From: Haliotis rufescens
Taxonomy: Eukaryota
Length of the DNA: 64,000 nt
NCBI RefSeq assembly: GCF_023055435.1
Contig: NW_025964223.1
Location: 41,044,001 to 41,108,000, forward strand
Reading direction: 5' to 3'
Part shown: one piece after another, positions 39,042 through 52,481 of the stretch
Position numbering within the stretch: position 1 is the stretch's first letter
Layout of the letters: each line of letters begins with the position of its first letter
Program-made: the position numbers and the translations under genes
Notes under the pieces: model-generated
The model's input: only the letters and a program-made list of their open reading frames with translations
What the model was told of the DNA's origin: nothing
The model's database searches: none

Positions 39042-39599
39042 GTAGGTTCCATGATATTATTTCAATCCTTTATCCCGGAATGAGACCACGAGTCCCCGTT
39101 GTGATACCAGAGGTCATGCATGCTTTTTATACGAAGAGCTTCATTCGTCGATGTCTTAAAAGTTGCTTCATCATGGTTACAACATCCAATGCCTCTGTAA
39201 AGGTTTCAAAAAGTTAAAGGACATGATGCAATCCTAATTTTACCTTGGTTCATAATTTCCGGTGTTTTTCTTCTAATATCGATTACATTAACCTTGGCGT
39301 GGTGGATGAGGTATATAATGTCAAGGTACTGACAAAAAATAATATTGCAGCAAAGTTCTTTTCTCTTATTTTTACAGGGTTTCGTAAATCATTTATACGC
39401 CTGGAGCCAGAAATACGGAAGCATATGTGGATATGTTCAAGTATACGTATATCACATACTTGCAACAGTAATTATAGTTATAAATACTTTGTTTGTTTAA
39501 CCCAGCCCTCAGCAATACACCAGCTTTCTGACGGCGATATGTAAATAATCGACTTAAATATATTTGTTATTAATGTATAACTTACCATCTTCGTCACCG

Positions 39600-40061
39600 A
39601 TGCAAAATGGTGGTTCTGAGTTAGCCGGAGCTCTCAAATCATCGGCGTTTCCTCTCCCAACATCTTATGACGTAAGCGCCACCAAACCAGGTATTTGTCT
39701 GAAACCATGTGGGTTCTGACTCTGCATCAACGAATGCAACCATGACAGCCAATGCTCTGGTAGTAAGAAGTGTTGTAGTTCTGGCTGTGGTCGCGTTTGT
39801 TCTGAACCTTATCCTTACATCCCCACCATCAAACCGGGAGTGTGTCCAGCGTCTCGCAGCTCTGCGGTATGTTCACGGAGACATTCCTGTAGCCACGATG
39901 GAGAATGCCCAGGTTCCAGCAAGTGCTGCTGCGTGGGTAGCGGATGTCGTGTCTTTGTTCAGCAAGTTATTTCCCTACCCAAAATGGCGACTGTTCCTTT
40001 ACTACCTCAACGGACATTGTCACAGTTCCCAATGATAGGAAAAGGTTATGTTAGACGGTAG
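39600..40061 (+). pseudogene. Two-WAP (four-disulfide core) domain protein exon, perlwapin/crustin-like, disrupted
   Basis: One frame encodes KPGICLKPCGF*LCINECNHDSQCSGSKKCCSSGCGRVC and KPGVCPASRSSAVCSRRHSCSHDGECPGSSKCCCVGSGCRVF. Lesions: in-frame TGA at 39717-39719, last Cys of WAP2 reads Phe, and the likely acceptor reads ccg (39597-39599) instead of cag. AATAAA at 40668. Confidence 0.85.
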
Positions 40062-42087
40062 ATATGCTTGTGGTCATATCAAACGCAACCTGTTCATATT
40101 CATGTCATGATGCTTGGTTTAACGAACATTCTTACATAATAGTGCACGGTCGTTTCACATTTGCAGAATTGTTGAGAATGTTCTACTTCCAGATGAGAGT
40201 GGGTGTGATGAGGGAGCCTTTTGGTATACGTCCTCACACCTCATGCCATTCAATCGTTTGCTTCCCTTGTTACCCTGAGCAGTTGTCTGGTCCAATTGTA
40301 ATAGCAGGAACAAGATGTGTCTATCATATACATTTCATATACATTTCAGCTGAAGATAGTCTTGGACTTTCTATAAGCAGAAAACTTGATTGTACGGTGA
40401 TTGTCTATATTATGGTGCTAGATACAATTATTAGTCATTAATCCACATTAGTATTTTATTTATATGTAGTGCCTACTGTTTTATATGTGTAGCAAATGGA
40501 TGATGGTTGTTTAAATATAACTGTGTATCATTGGAAGGAACTCTTGAATAGTTTTCTTTCAATAGATATTAATTGCAGTTCAAGATTGTATTAGCTTTAT
40601 ATTTTGATGTAATGTGAAGACTATCTGATCCTGTATTACAAAGTGAATGTCTGTATCCTTTCATATGAATAAACCTGTTTTCTTGAAATGTGACTGTGTA
40701 TGTTGAGTACTCTTAATCCTTATTCAGATAGATGGTGTATTAGATTTGAGATAAGCATGCGTGAGTCACGTAAAGATATGGACACTAATCACTATAGTGG
40801 ATTAATTAGGTGCTTGTGGAGTAAGACCTGTATAATGCCGAAAGGAAGTCGATATCACTTCTCTTGGGAGACAGTTACATCACAATGTGTGAGTGACTGA
40901 GTGAGGGAGTGAGGGAGTGAGGGAGCTTGTATGCCGCTGTTATTCTTTTACACATTCCGCTTTTCAAGTGAACGGTTAGTTTGTGTTTGTGAACCTGGGG
41001 CGACCTATGTAGCATATTATCCTATAATCACATATGTCAGACCTATCCGTGAATGCCTTACGGTGTGGTAGTCCACGAGCCATTGTTTTGCTGCCTCATT
41101 AAACTGATGGGCCCCAATAAAAGAAAAATACTGTTAATAAGTGTTGGCCAAATCAACTTGCATGGAACTCAATGTTAGAGTGAGTGAATTTGGTTAAAGC
41201 CACAGTTGGCAATATTCTTGGTAGATCACAGGGGTCTGAAAATAGCCGAGTGTCCTGTGGCGATGCCAGATCATGTTCACTTAAGCTACATTATTTATAA
41301 TCACATATTGTGTGCAATAGGTAATTCATAAATTTTTACAGGCTCAGATGTTTAGCAATAGCAAAGGGTACATTATACAGTTTGTTTCCTTGTTTGTTGT
41401 TTAACGCCGCACTTAGCAATATTCAAGCTATATGACGGCGGTCTGTAAATAAGCGAGTCTGGACAAGACGTTTTAGTGATTGACATCATGAGCATCGATC
41501 AACGTAATTAGGATACGATGACATGCCTCAACCAAGTCAGCGCGCCTGACCACCCGATCCCGTTAGTCGCTTCTTACGACAAGCATAGGCGCCTTTTACG
41601 GTAAGCATGGGCTGCTAAAAAGGCAACTGTGCTTATCGAGGGGCGACATACGGGATCGGGTGGCCAGGCTCGCTGACTTGGTTGCATCATGCAGACAGAG
41701 ATAACATGTCTTCATGTTGTCAGACTTTCTAAGAATTGGCTTAAATTTTCGAAATATGAACGTAAAAACAGGTGGACACACAAAAATAACGATACCACTT
41801 ATTATGAAGAAAGAGGTCAACAAAAATAACTTCACAGACTGGCTATTTAATCATAAAAAAACTGTACACAACGATACGAAATCAGTGACGTAGTTCATCA
41901 TAACAATACAACCAAGTCCCGCCCACTCTATTTTCCTCCAGTCAGGAAACAGTAGCCCGAAGTAGTAGGTTAATGGAAACACAAAAGAAAAACTTGTAAT
42001 TCATTCATTCATGCGTAACTGAATAGAATTCTTTTACAAAAAAAACACTTGACATATGAGGTAGTTGATGCAGGAACAAGTCCTCGG

Positions 42088-42320
42088 GTTGTTTGTTTGT
42101 TTGTTATTTAACGCCGCACTTTGCAATATTCCAGATATATGACGGTGGTCTGTAAATAATCGATTATGGACCAGATAAGCCAGTGATTGACATCATTAGA
42201 ATTGATATACGCAATTGGGATACGATGACATGCAATCAAGCAAGTCAGCGAGCCCGACCACCCGTTCCCGTTAGTCGCCTCTTTCGACAAGCATAGTCGC
42301 CTTTTACGACAAGCATGGGT
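42088..42320 (-). mobile_element. Copy of the ~250-bp SINE-like repeat
   Basis: gtttgtttgtttgtt-atttaacgccgcac...gttagtcgcctctttcgacaagcatagtcgcc. Confidence 0.85.
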
Positions 42321-43259
42321 TGGGCTTCGGAGTTTTCTTGACATAATTATGATATCAATTATGGTATTTCACAAATAGTAAATTAGAAGTACTGTCCATA
42401 TGTATATTTGATCAGTAGGAAGAAAGACTTGCAGATACAAACGGTGAGACAAAACATTTACACATAACAGGCGGTAATAATATATAGTTGTTGCTGTGAT
42501 ATGTGAAACATGATAGAAAACATTAATGATGCGGCTCTACAGAGATATGTCTTAAACACACAGAACACTTATAAGTACACCCACGCACAGCATGTAAATA
42601 AACTCGCTCCAACAGCCAACTCTGTAACAAGCGAATGATTTACTTTTACTGGCGCTTCATGAACCAATTCATTACAAAGACTTCACCTGATGTCATCACT
42701 GATTTTCAGTGGTCCATTATATATAATTTTCACTTCTTTTTTGCCCTTTACGCTAACTAGAACCAGTTTCGGTGGATAATCAAGATTGTTTATTCTCTTG
42801 CATTGACTTTATATATTTACACAACTGACCATTAATATATAAGATATGCATTACAATGTTGGCAAACTAACAACAACACGGATACCAGTCGGTGGAAGTC
42901 TTATAATGTTAAATTACATTGAAGCTTTCGTAAAGTCTATTTGATTTTCAAGTCAGTTTCGACCTCATATATTTGATAGCGTGAACTTCCGCTCACCATT
43001 CTCAATTTACTGTCATATTCTTGTCGCAGATAAATAATTTCTAACCAAATTATCAATGTCAGAGGCATACATTTGAACCATTTATGTTGATTAATCTTGC
43101 AATTAATCGATCGTGATTGATCAGTAGCAGCGCACTAGACGACCTCTTGGGAATTCCGAACCAGGACAGGTCTCTTGTTGCCCATTCTTGCCGCACAAGC
43201 AGATTTTCAGTCGAAATCTCTCACCTGGCTCATTGCGTGTCAATGACGACAAGCTGTCT

Positions 43260-43510
43260 ACCCCGTAAAGATCCGGTTTAGAATTGTTCTTCCTCAACCC
43301 ATGCTTGCCGTAAAAGGCGACTATGCTCGTCGTAAGAGGCGACTAAGGGATTGGGTGGTCAGGCTCACTGACTTGATTGATGCATGTCATATCTCAAATG
43401 CGCGCATCGATGCTAATGATAACAATCACTAGATTATCTGGTCCCGAATAAATTATTTACGGACGGCCTTCATGAAGCTGGAATATTGCGGCCTGAAGCA
43501 ACAAACAAAC
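43260..43510 (+). mobile_element. Abundant ~250-bp SINE-like repeat with (AAAC)n tail, near full length
   Basis: Core gtcgtaagaggcgactaa-gg-atcgggtggtcaggctc..tgacttg and tail gctggaatattg..aacaaacaaac. Approximate other copies: 5850-6018, 8887-9100, 19700-19890, 22775-23000, 29907-30137, 41385-41695, 44903-45075, 47395-47600, 49650-49782, 53430-53612, 56222-56445, 61378-61607. Confidence 0.85.
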
Positions 43511-43857
43511 ACACATGCTGTCAGGAGATAACAACATTCATCGGAAGGTATTATGTTGTACACATTGATAATATTCACATAATGATAAAAAACATAATGC
43601 GTAATAAACGAACAATTACTTTCAATAAGAAATCTGTAAATTGACACTTGTATACCTCCGTTTCAAAGTATAAACTATAGCATGCTCTGTGCAGTTCCGG
43701 TGAGGTAATACGTTGATTTTCATCACCCGAGGTTAAAAGTCACACAATCTCAAAAGCTACGAAGTCCATAAACATTAATGTAATTTTAGAAGGAAATAAA
43801 TCCTGATGATCATTGTTGTTTGGCCCTTGAGTACATATCGGTAGGGCTTAACATTAG

Positions 43858-46653
43858 CTAGCCATACGTCATAAGATCCCATCTCTTGTTCCCCTCCTTG
43901 TCCCTGACCATCCTGTGATACAGATCCAACTGAGTGTACACACTCCCCAGGGCTTTAGTCCCAGCTTCCTTCTTCGCGGAAAGATGCCATTTACCCTGAA
44001 GATAGATCGGCGTTGGTTGGTTCTTCAGTTTAGGAGCCGCGACCAAGGATCGGGAGGTAACCTTCAGATACGGAAACAGGTCATCTTGGGCCTGGGTAAA
44101 GTCATACCTGTTCTCCAACTTCTGGCAATCTGGACACAAACCCGGACCAAACAGGTCACAGTGAATCGATCGTGTTTTCTCCAGTAGATCCACCGGTGCG
44201 TGTTTCCGTTGACAAACGAAACTCAGAAATCCGGGCATTTTCGTGCGTCGAAAGTCAGCAGTGGAGATCCGTTTTATTTGTCCTAAGTTGAATCGGTCCG
44301 GCACTCTCCTGGAAGTAGATTTCGATCGTACTGGCTGTCTTTGACATGGCTTTGGGGTTGGGGGAGTGTCTATTCTCTTCTCCTGGGCCTTGAGTCGTCG
44401 GTTTTTGAAAGGAAGTTTCTCATTGGGTCGTTGGAATTCTCCCATTTCAATCATCTTCCGGAGGAGTAGGAAGTCTCTCTCCGATCGTGTTCCGCTCTTG
44501 GATGTCCAAGTTCGGGCATTGCCGAGAGATCGTGTTGGTGATATGGCGTCAGGGAAGTTATCGAGGGAGGAATATCCTACTGGACGCTTATTTGTATGTG
44601 GCGGTACCTCCTCGGGGAAAAGTGGCGGAACAACTTTACCACTCCTCAGCTTGAGCTGTTTCTGGAACGAGAGACAACAAGTATAAAAACATCATTCCCC
44701 CTACGTTGTTCGTGACTGAGTTGGGATTTGAGCCGCATTTATTCCAGGAAAATCATGACGGGGACAGCGGAAACCGCAATCACAACTTGAACCCATGTAG
44801 GCATCGAACGCGAAACTTCAGCTTGACAAACGACAGTTTCAACCACCAGTCTAACCATCTTCCCTTACAAAGATAAAAAGATAATGTACAAAATATTGTA
44901 ACGAGATCGGGTGGTCAGGCTCGCTGACTATGTTGATGCATGTCATCGTATCCCAATTGCATGGATAGATGCTCATGATGCTCACTGGATTGTCTGGTCC
45001 AGACTCGATTATTTACAGACCGCCGTCATAAAGCTGGAATATTGCTGAGTACTGTGTTAAACAACAAGCAAATAAACATACAATCAAATATTGTAAATAT
45101 ACCTGGAACAGAGAACAAGTTTATACTCAAAATGTACCTCATTGGATTTTGTTCAGAGGATTTTTTAAAGAGGGATTATTCTGGACGGCACAGTGCCCTT
45201 TTAATGTCTCTGTGCAATCAGAATGAGTAATACCATGGAAAATCTGGGATATCATTGGCAGATATATTATAAATATATGATTGAAACTTAAGGCAATGTA
45301 GATTATGAATCAGTTAATTCAATTTTGCTAGGACAGCCGGTTGTCTGAGGACTACCCCCTTTTAATGTTACACCTACGGCAAAACAATTTTAATGTTTGT
45401 AACTATGTCCAGCGGATTGTAATAATAAGTCAGATGTAATCAAATTCAGCATAGCTTTTAAATCCATACTTTGATTAAAGTATTGATTCACAGAATGTTA
45501 CATGCTGCTTGAATGGTAACAGCTGGAGCCATTTGTTGGTAAGGTTTAGAGAGGATTATACTCGACCGAGGGAGGTCGAGGTGCCACTTTAGACACTGTC
45601 TCTATTTGATAGTGAGTAATGATTTACACAGCTTTTACTAATATTCTAGCCACCTGAAAACTGCTTAAAACTGTGTACGAACGTGGAGAATCGAACTCGA
45701 GCCTTCGGTGTCACAAGCGAACGCTTCAACCAAAAGCCTACTCCACCACCCTTGTTATATATGGAATAAAATTAATAGCAAAATGAAAATATTAATAAAA
45801 AGTGTACCTAGCTTCAGACATATATTAAAGGAAAGTCAAAATGGTTATAACTTGGATAAATATGCAACCTGTTTATCTTCCAATCATATACGATATAAAC
45901 CGGGTCAGCTCGATATAAATAGACCTTTAAGACAATGTATCGAATGGCACTATAGGCACTATAGTGGTTGGCACTATGCTAACACTGGAACCCCGGTTTT
46001 CTTTATCGGACAATTCGCTGTAGTTTTGGTTCAATTTAATGAGGTTTCTTTCTATAAGGGTAGTTGATATACCTGCCATCAGGCAGTCGGAGATCTATGA
46101 TAAATATAAATCCCTCATAACAGATTGTACGTTGTGCAGTGTCCCAACTTCAACATGCGACATTTTGTATGGTATGTAGCAATCGTGTAGCAGATATTAT
46201 AGATTTATAATCGGGGATAAGGTACGTCAATAAGAGCATGAACGAGAACAAGACAATATTAAAGGACGGGAATGAAGAGTTGAACGGAGTTCGATAATGT
46301 TATTACATAACACTATTGAATCATTTAGTAATACTCAACCACATACACGCGCACCATATCGCACACCCATGTATATAATCTGACTGGCAAAAGATAGTAA
46401 CACATAATCTTGAAAATTGAATTTGACAAAAAAATGTTATTTAAAGGTTCCGCAGCTGAAACAGTCGCCTAAACACTACATCCATTAAGTCAAAAACCCA
46501 GCTATGACACTCGTATCAAATTCGCCGCCGTCGAATTGCAATTTCTTGTTTGTTTCATGTTCAGCCACCATTAATAGGGTTTACCTTCTTTTGCTCTGCA
46601 GTGTATGTCTTAAATGCTTCTCCTACCTTTGATAGTGGTTGTTTTTCACTCAT
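43858..46653 (-). CDS. Uncharacterised basic protein, ~290 aa, two coding exons
   Basis: Exon 46665-46585 (ATG 46653, MSEKQPLSKVGEAFKTYTAEQKK|gtaaac) splices in phase 0 to ttgtctctcgttccag|44661-43858. That exon is an 804-nt, GC-elevated open frame (KQLKLRSGKVVPPLFPEE...HCDLFGPGLCPDC...WDLMTYG*). A possible 5'UTR exon donor lies at 48464 (CAG|GTAACC). Confidence 0.75.
45610..45750 (-). mobile_element. Degenerate tRNA-derived SINE (a similar copy lies at ~44715-44860)
   Basis: gagaatcgaactcgagccttcggtgtcacaagcgaacgcttcaacc matches the reverse complement of the 23040 family head. Confidence 0.65.
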
Positions 46654-47606
46654 TTTGGTGGTCTCCTGGTATATTCCAACATTAAAACAGATTGACAACG
46701 TCCATAATATCCAACCACCAAATCCACTGTATGCGGTAGTGCTGTGACGCGCTATATATAACACCATTCATATGTCACGCCGACACCACATATAGTCACA
46801 TACGTAAATGCGTTATTATATTATATTTCTTTTATACATAAAGGCTGCCCTCATAAATCATAACATTTGCAATAACTACTGACAGCGTCTTTGCCGTTTC
46901 TAACAGCAAATGTCATTGAATAGATCAACATTCTGCGTCTTTTCAATACGCGTATAGACTAAACACAACACATTTCATTACAAACGAGGTAGAAAGCCCC
47001 ACGGTCAACACAAAGGGAAGAGTAGTGTTATTCAAGCAATAAAGTAGAGTCTTTGTGGGAGGATAAATTGTGTTATTGTGTTGAATTGGGTTGTGGCTTC
47101 AGGTTTTCTCGTCCGTAGATAGGAAGACAGTTACACGGGATCACTTGCGGTGGTAAATTGCTGGGGGCCTGTGTGGCGTGTTGTTAGGTCCACCATAGGC
47201 CGTGAAGAGTTGTTCCCCTTAGTACCGAGATCAGACTGCTCAAAGTGGCTCGTCCCGATTAGGAGGAACATTGTTGGACTGTCAAACATGTGCTCGCCGG
47301 TTTCGCCAATGTGTCTTTCCTCCCGCATTATGTATGTAGTAAGTTGTAGATTATGTTTAGGTAACACATTACCGTTTCCATTTGATAGTCTTGCTTGTTT
47401 TTTTGTTTAACGCCGCACTCCACAATATTCCATCTACATTGTATTGGACAGCGGTCGTAAGATAACGTAGTCTGACCCAGCCAATCCAGTGATTCACATC
47501 TGGAACATCGATCCACGCAACAGCGATACCATGACGTGAACGTCAACCATTTCACCAAGCCTGTTCACCCGCTCCCGTTAGTCGCCTCCATGCTGGGTAT
47601 TTATTA

Positions 47607-48173
47607 NNNNNNNNNNNNNNNNNNNNNNNNNNNNNNNNNNNNNNNNNNNNNNNNNNNNNNNNNNNNNNNNNNNNNNNNNNNNNNNNNNNNNNNNNNNNNN
47701 NNNNNNNNNNNNNNNNNNNNNNNNNNNNNNNNNNNNNNNNNNNNNNNNNNNNNNNNNNNNNNNNNNNNNNNNNNNNNNNNNNNNNNNNNNNNNNNNNNNN
47801 NNNNNNNNNNNNNNNNNNNNNNNNNNNNNNNNNNNNNNNNNNNNNNNNNNNNNNNNNNNNNNNNNNNNNNNNNNCACTACTACTACTTCTACTANNNNNN
47901 NNNNNNNNNNNNNNNNNNNNNNNNNNNNNNNNNNNNNNNNNNNNNNNNNNNNNNNNNNNNNNNNNNNNNNNNNNNNNNNNNNNNNNNNNNNNNNNNNNNN
48001 NNNNNNNNNNNNNNNNNNNNNNNNNNNNNNNNNNNNNNNNNNNNNNNNNNNNNNNNNNNNNNNNNNNNNNNNNNNNNNNNNNNNNNNNNNNNNNNNNNNN
48101 NNNNNNNNNNNNNNNNNNNNNNNNNNNNNNNNNNNNNNNNNNNNNNNNNNNNNNNNNNNNNNNNNNNNNNNNN
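47607..48173. other. Assembly gaps (47607-47874, 47895-48173); other gaps at 1413-1555 and 35430-35649
   Basis: Runs of N. Confidence 1.
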
Positions 48174-51100
48174 AGTGTCAACACGGAACATGCTTTTTTT
48201 CCAGCAGAAACGGTGTTTCACCTTGATTGTTACAATAAAGGATTTGAACTAATAGAATGAGAATATTTATCCAATACTGACAAGATGATATACTTTGTGC
48301 TTGGAGCATGGGAGGAGATCGATGTGATACATATTGTCTCCACAGGAATAGAAATCCCCTCCCGATGGTCACAAGAGTACTTACGCACAAAATGTACGTG
48401 TGAAGGTAGTTTTTTTTATATATAGGATACAAACGTACTGTTTTCAATGTAGAGCTAGGTTACCTGTAAATTTAACTGCGCTAAACTGAATTTGGAACCG
48501 AACGTTTATCTCGATTCTTCCATGACTATACACAACGCGAACAATTTGGTGTTGGCAAATATACTGAGTGAAGCGTCATGGATTGAGTCGAGTGTTTTGA
48601 GTGGGTTGTGGTTCTGAAATACGGAATCACCGACAACAGCCTGTAAAACAAAATATGGCGCTGTATATACCCAAGCAGTTTGTTTACACCGTAATACGCT
48701 AAATTCAAAGCTCTCTGTTGTCCCCGAAACTTAAAATACATTCTCTTTGTAGATTTCTATCGTGTTTTCTGCACGAAATATATTGCCAAACATCCTTTGA
48801 ATATTGTAGTAACCGCAAATTTTGTAACTTGTAATTGTAGATTTAATTATTGAAACATGCCATCCGACATTCTATGAATATTAGCTTCCGTGGTGATGCG
48901 GCCGTCAAATCAGCTATTTCAGTCAGAGGGGGTTTATTGTCAATTAATAGCCTCTGATTGAGAAATCAGAATCTATTAATTTCCAAATTCATGGTAGAAA
49001 AACGCTAAGCGCCAGACAGAAGTACCATCTTTCAAAGTCTCTGGGTATGACGCGGCTGGGGATCAAACCCGGGATCTTCCGCTCTACCACAAGACCACGC
49101 GTACGGAGGCGGTCGGTGATAAAGACTAAATCCGGCGATAATCAACCAAGATCATGATTTATTCTTGGCAATGCTTGTGATACTGTTGAGATATGTCAAA
49201 CAAGTGCGTTCTATGAACACAATGATATCGGAGGAAGAAGAATAGAGTGCGGAAGTAAATCATATACATGTAGTTGCCTTGTGTTATATTAACAGGGGCA
49301 TTTCTAAATAGAGTACACAAAATATGAACATTTACATTGCATTCGAACATTCGATCTCTACCCAACGGTAGCAAACTCGGACAAATGAATTTGACATAGG
49401 CAATTGATATGAGCTGCTTGAAATACTCACGCAATTTTAAATACTCAGTGCAATTATCCAAAGGCGTCAAGGTTTACCGTGTCACGCTTTCCATTGCCTT
49501 TCATACCCGTTTGGCAGAGAAGGATGCAGAGTAAGTAAGAGTAAGTTGATGGAGAAGTTGGACTGCTGCTGCTGCCCAACAACAAGGCATAGTCACTGAG
49601 AAACAGTCTGGACTGGACGAGCTCCATAGTCTGGTTGAAACATGCATCAACCATGACATGTATCAACCAATCAGCGAGCCTGACAACCCGATCCCATTAG
49701 TCGCCTCTTACGACAAGCAGAGTCGCTTTTTAGACAAGCATCGGTTGCTGAAGACCTATTCCACACCGGGTCTTCACGGGTCCCGTGTGTTTCAAATTTG
49801 TTTAACTGCCGTGCTATCATGTCCATGTATGCAAAACAAGTGGAACAAGACAATGTAGACTTTCCGACAAGTGTTGCTGAATTTACGATATCCAATGTAA
49901 TTATATTACCATTAAACACATTGTGACATTAACAGGAAAAGCATGACTCTACACAAAGAGAAATTGCGCAATAGATTGACTGATCGTATGAATAGTATCA
50001 CTCGTAACAGTGCTATCATTCCAGGAAAATGTGGGCTATCTATTTACAGGAAAAGGAAAAATATTGTTTTTTTTATTGTGCTTGTCGGCAACTGGTATTA
50101 ATTTAGAAGTCTATATTTCGTAAATAATAAGTTACATATCTGACGCAACTCGTGAATTGTGTAGTTAGTTTTCCCCATCAGCATGGTACAGTTAAGACCA
50201 CGAACACATGCACCCGGTGTCTAATCGTTGACATGGTCATGATCAGTTAGACCCCGAGACGCGGGGTCCGTGTGGCCCTACCTTCTAAACCATGGCTAAG
50301 ATCCCAAGCATTTAAACAATGTCTTTTTAACATTATTTTGATGATTCTCATATATATTCTAAACGTCTATGTTTAACAACCTACCTTCGTTTAATGTACA
50401 GATTTTGAAATGTACAAAACGCAAAAACTCTGATTTTTACTATCCTATATTACTAAAATATAAGTGACAAAATTCATGTCCGTTACAATTCCCTGTTTTG
50501 ACTTGTTCCGTTATGTTTCGTGTGGTTTTTTCGAGGTAAACAGTTGGGTTGCCTTTGCATGTGACTGGTGCCACCGTAGGGGCAGGATACGCCCACCTTT
50601 TCACAAACACCTGGTATCATCACATTAGATGGCAGAGGTTAATAAACATTTCATGACCGAGACATATCTGTTCCATGTGAAAGTAAAGTAACATTTGCAT
50701 ATACTTATTACAGACTTATCTAAGAACTGTCTAACGTCATGGCATGTAGTTGAATCAATAACCAAAAAATATCGGATGATGAACAAAGATAATTATTGGA
50801 ATATGAATATTTTATTTCGGAAGGAATGTAAAAACGCATAATCACATATGTACAAAGCTTAGAGTAATAATAATTCATAACAAAGCAGATAAACTAAATA
50901 TATTTATCAAACATGCTGATTGATCAGTTGGTAAATGAAATATTGTGAAATGTTATGGAATAAGGATTTACTGGAATGTGTATGATATGGAACAAATATG
51001 GAACACAATTTCAAACTTTAGAGAAATAATTACCAAAATAAAGTTTATATGTATACGTTCGCCTTTATAGAAACACTGGGTAGTCTCACACTGAATATAC

Positions 51101-51247
51101 AGACGACTATTTTATTTCAAAGGAATGTGAAAAAACTTAGCATAATATTAATTAATAAACAAAGCAGGTAAACTAAATATAATTATCAAGCAAGCTGATT
51201 GATCAGGTGATAAACGAAACTTTGAAAAATCTGGTGGAATGGGGATT

Positions 51248-52332
51248 TACCACAAAGCCATTGAAAACACAATAGCTTTTGATGAGCGTACTTGTGAAAA
51301 GAGCAATTCCCTGAAACCTTTTCAAACATCATGAGATTTCTGTGAGAGATATGTGTCCCCTTGTGTCAGTTCGGGTTCGAACCACCTTGGAGCAATGAAT
51401 CAGAAAGAGAAACGCAACTGTGCACACTGCACCGAAACACAATCACTGCTGCTGGACACATGCTGCACGTGGAAAGCTAGATCCCAGGTTCTTTAAAAGC
51501 ACACACGAAAATGGTCATCCGTCACTTGTTCAATATGCCAAGACTCGACCAAGCCAGCAGGAACCAAGCGATCAGAATGCTGCAAGAAGGGGCAACTCAA
51601 GTGATTGTCGCCAGACATGTTAACGTCCATCCATGCAAGATAACTCGACTGCTGCATCCTTTCAACCATTTTTTACCTTTTGGTACTTTTGGGACCCGTC
51701 AACGCCGCTGTGTTTTGGAAAGGTGTCGCTTTGGAGGAGGCGGTACAATGGTATGGGAAGTACCATCAATTGTCGTTCCCACAGTCGGTGGTTATCCAAG
51801 GCAACCTCAATGTTCCAGATTATGTGAAAAATACCCTTCGCCTAGCACTATTGCCATTACTGGCTCAACATGGCGCCCTACACAAGCGTGTCTTCCAGCA
51901 TGACAATGCACGTCCACGAGGTTCACGGGAGACTTTCTGAACAGGAACAACATCCTGCCATGTCACCTGACATGAATCCAATTGAACACTTATGGGACGA
52001 GCTTTGACACCAACCGCCTCAGACAGTAGCAGAGTTGACACAGTCCCTACAACATCAGGGGCGGTCAACAACGTTGTCAGTCCATGCCTCGGCGACTTCA
52101 GGATTACGTCAGTGTACATGGTGGACATACCTGTTATTGATCCCCGGTGGTCCCGGCTACGTTCTGAGCCTCTGTGACGTCATCCAACGGGCATGTTTCT
52201 TACGGACTTTATTGCTTACATTTCATGTGATGGGTGTGTTTGTCATTTTGGTTGGTTTCATTTGGTTTTCTTTCACTGTAATAAAATACGCACCTTCTGA
52301 ACACTGAAGTGCGTTTTCAATGGCTTTGAGTA
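51248..52332 (+). mobile_element. Tc1-like transposon, duplicate of the 17.3-kb copy
   Basis: Same TIRs, same position relative to the receptor stop codon and same transposase remnants (RFGGGGTMVW, FQHDNARP, SPDMNPIEHLWD). Confidence 0.9.
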
Positions 52333-52481
52333 TATATTGAACATGATACAGAGACATAATTTACAACATCAACTTTACATGATATACTTGATAAGTGCAA
52401 ATACGCACTGACTGATCTTATACCTGCGAATAATGGTACTATATGCTGCAACAATCTGAAACACTAGCTTGTGTGTTGTCT

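Noticed and set aside
39717-39719. Selenocysteine read-through in the WAP gene
   Set aside because: The TGA is not at a conserved Cys position and other lesions co-occur; no SECIS was recognised by eye.
47100-47340. GC-richer segment as an extra coding exon
   Set aside because: No convincing splice sites or motif; it lies upstream of the ATG exon and is more likely a repeat fragment.
47536-48252. Long ORFs spanning N runs (also near 1262 and 35362)
   Set aside because: Artefacts of assembly gaps.
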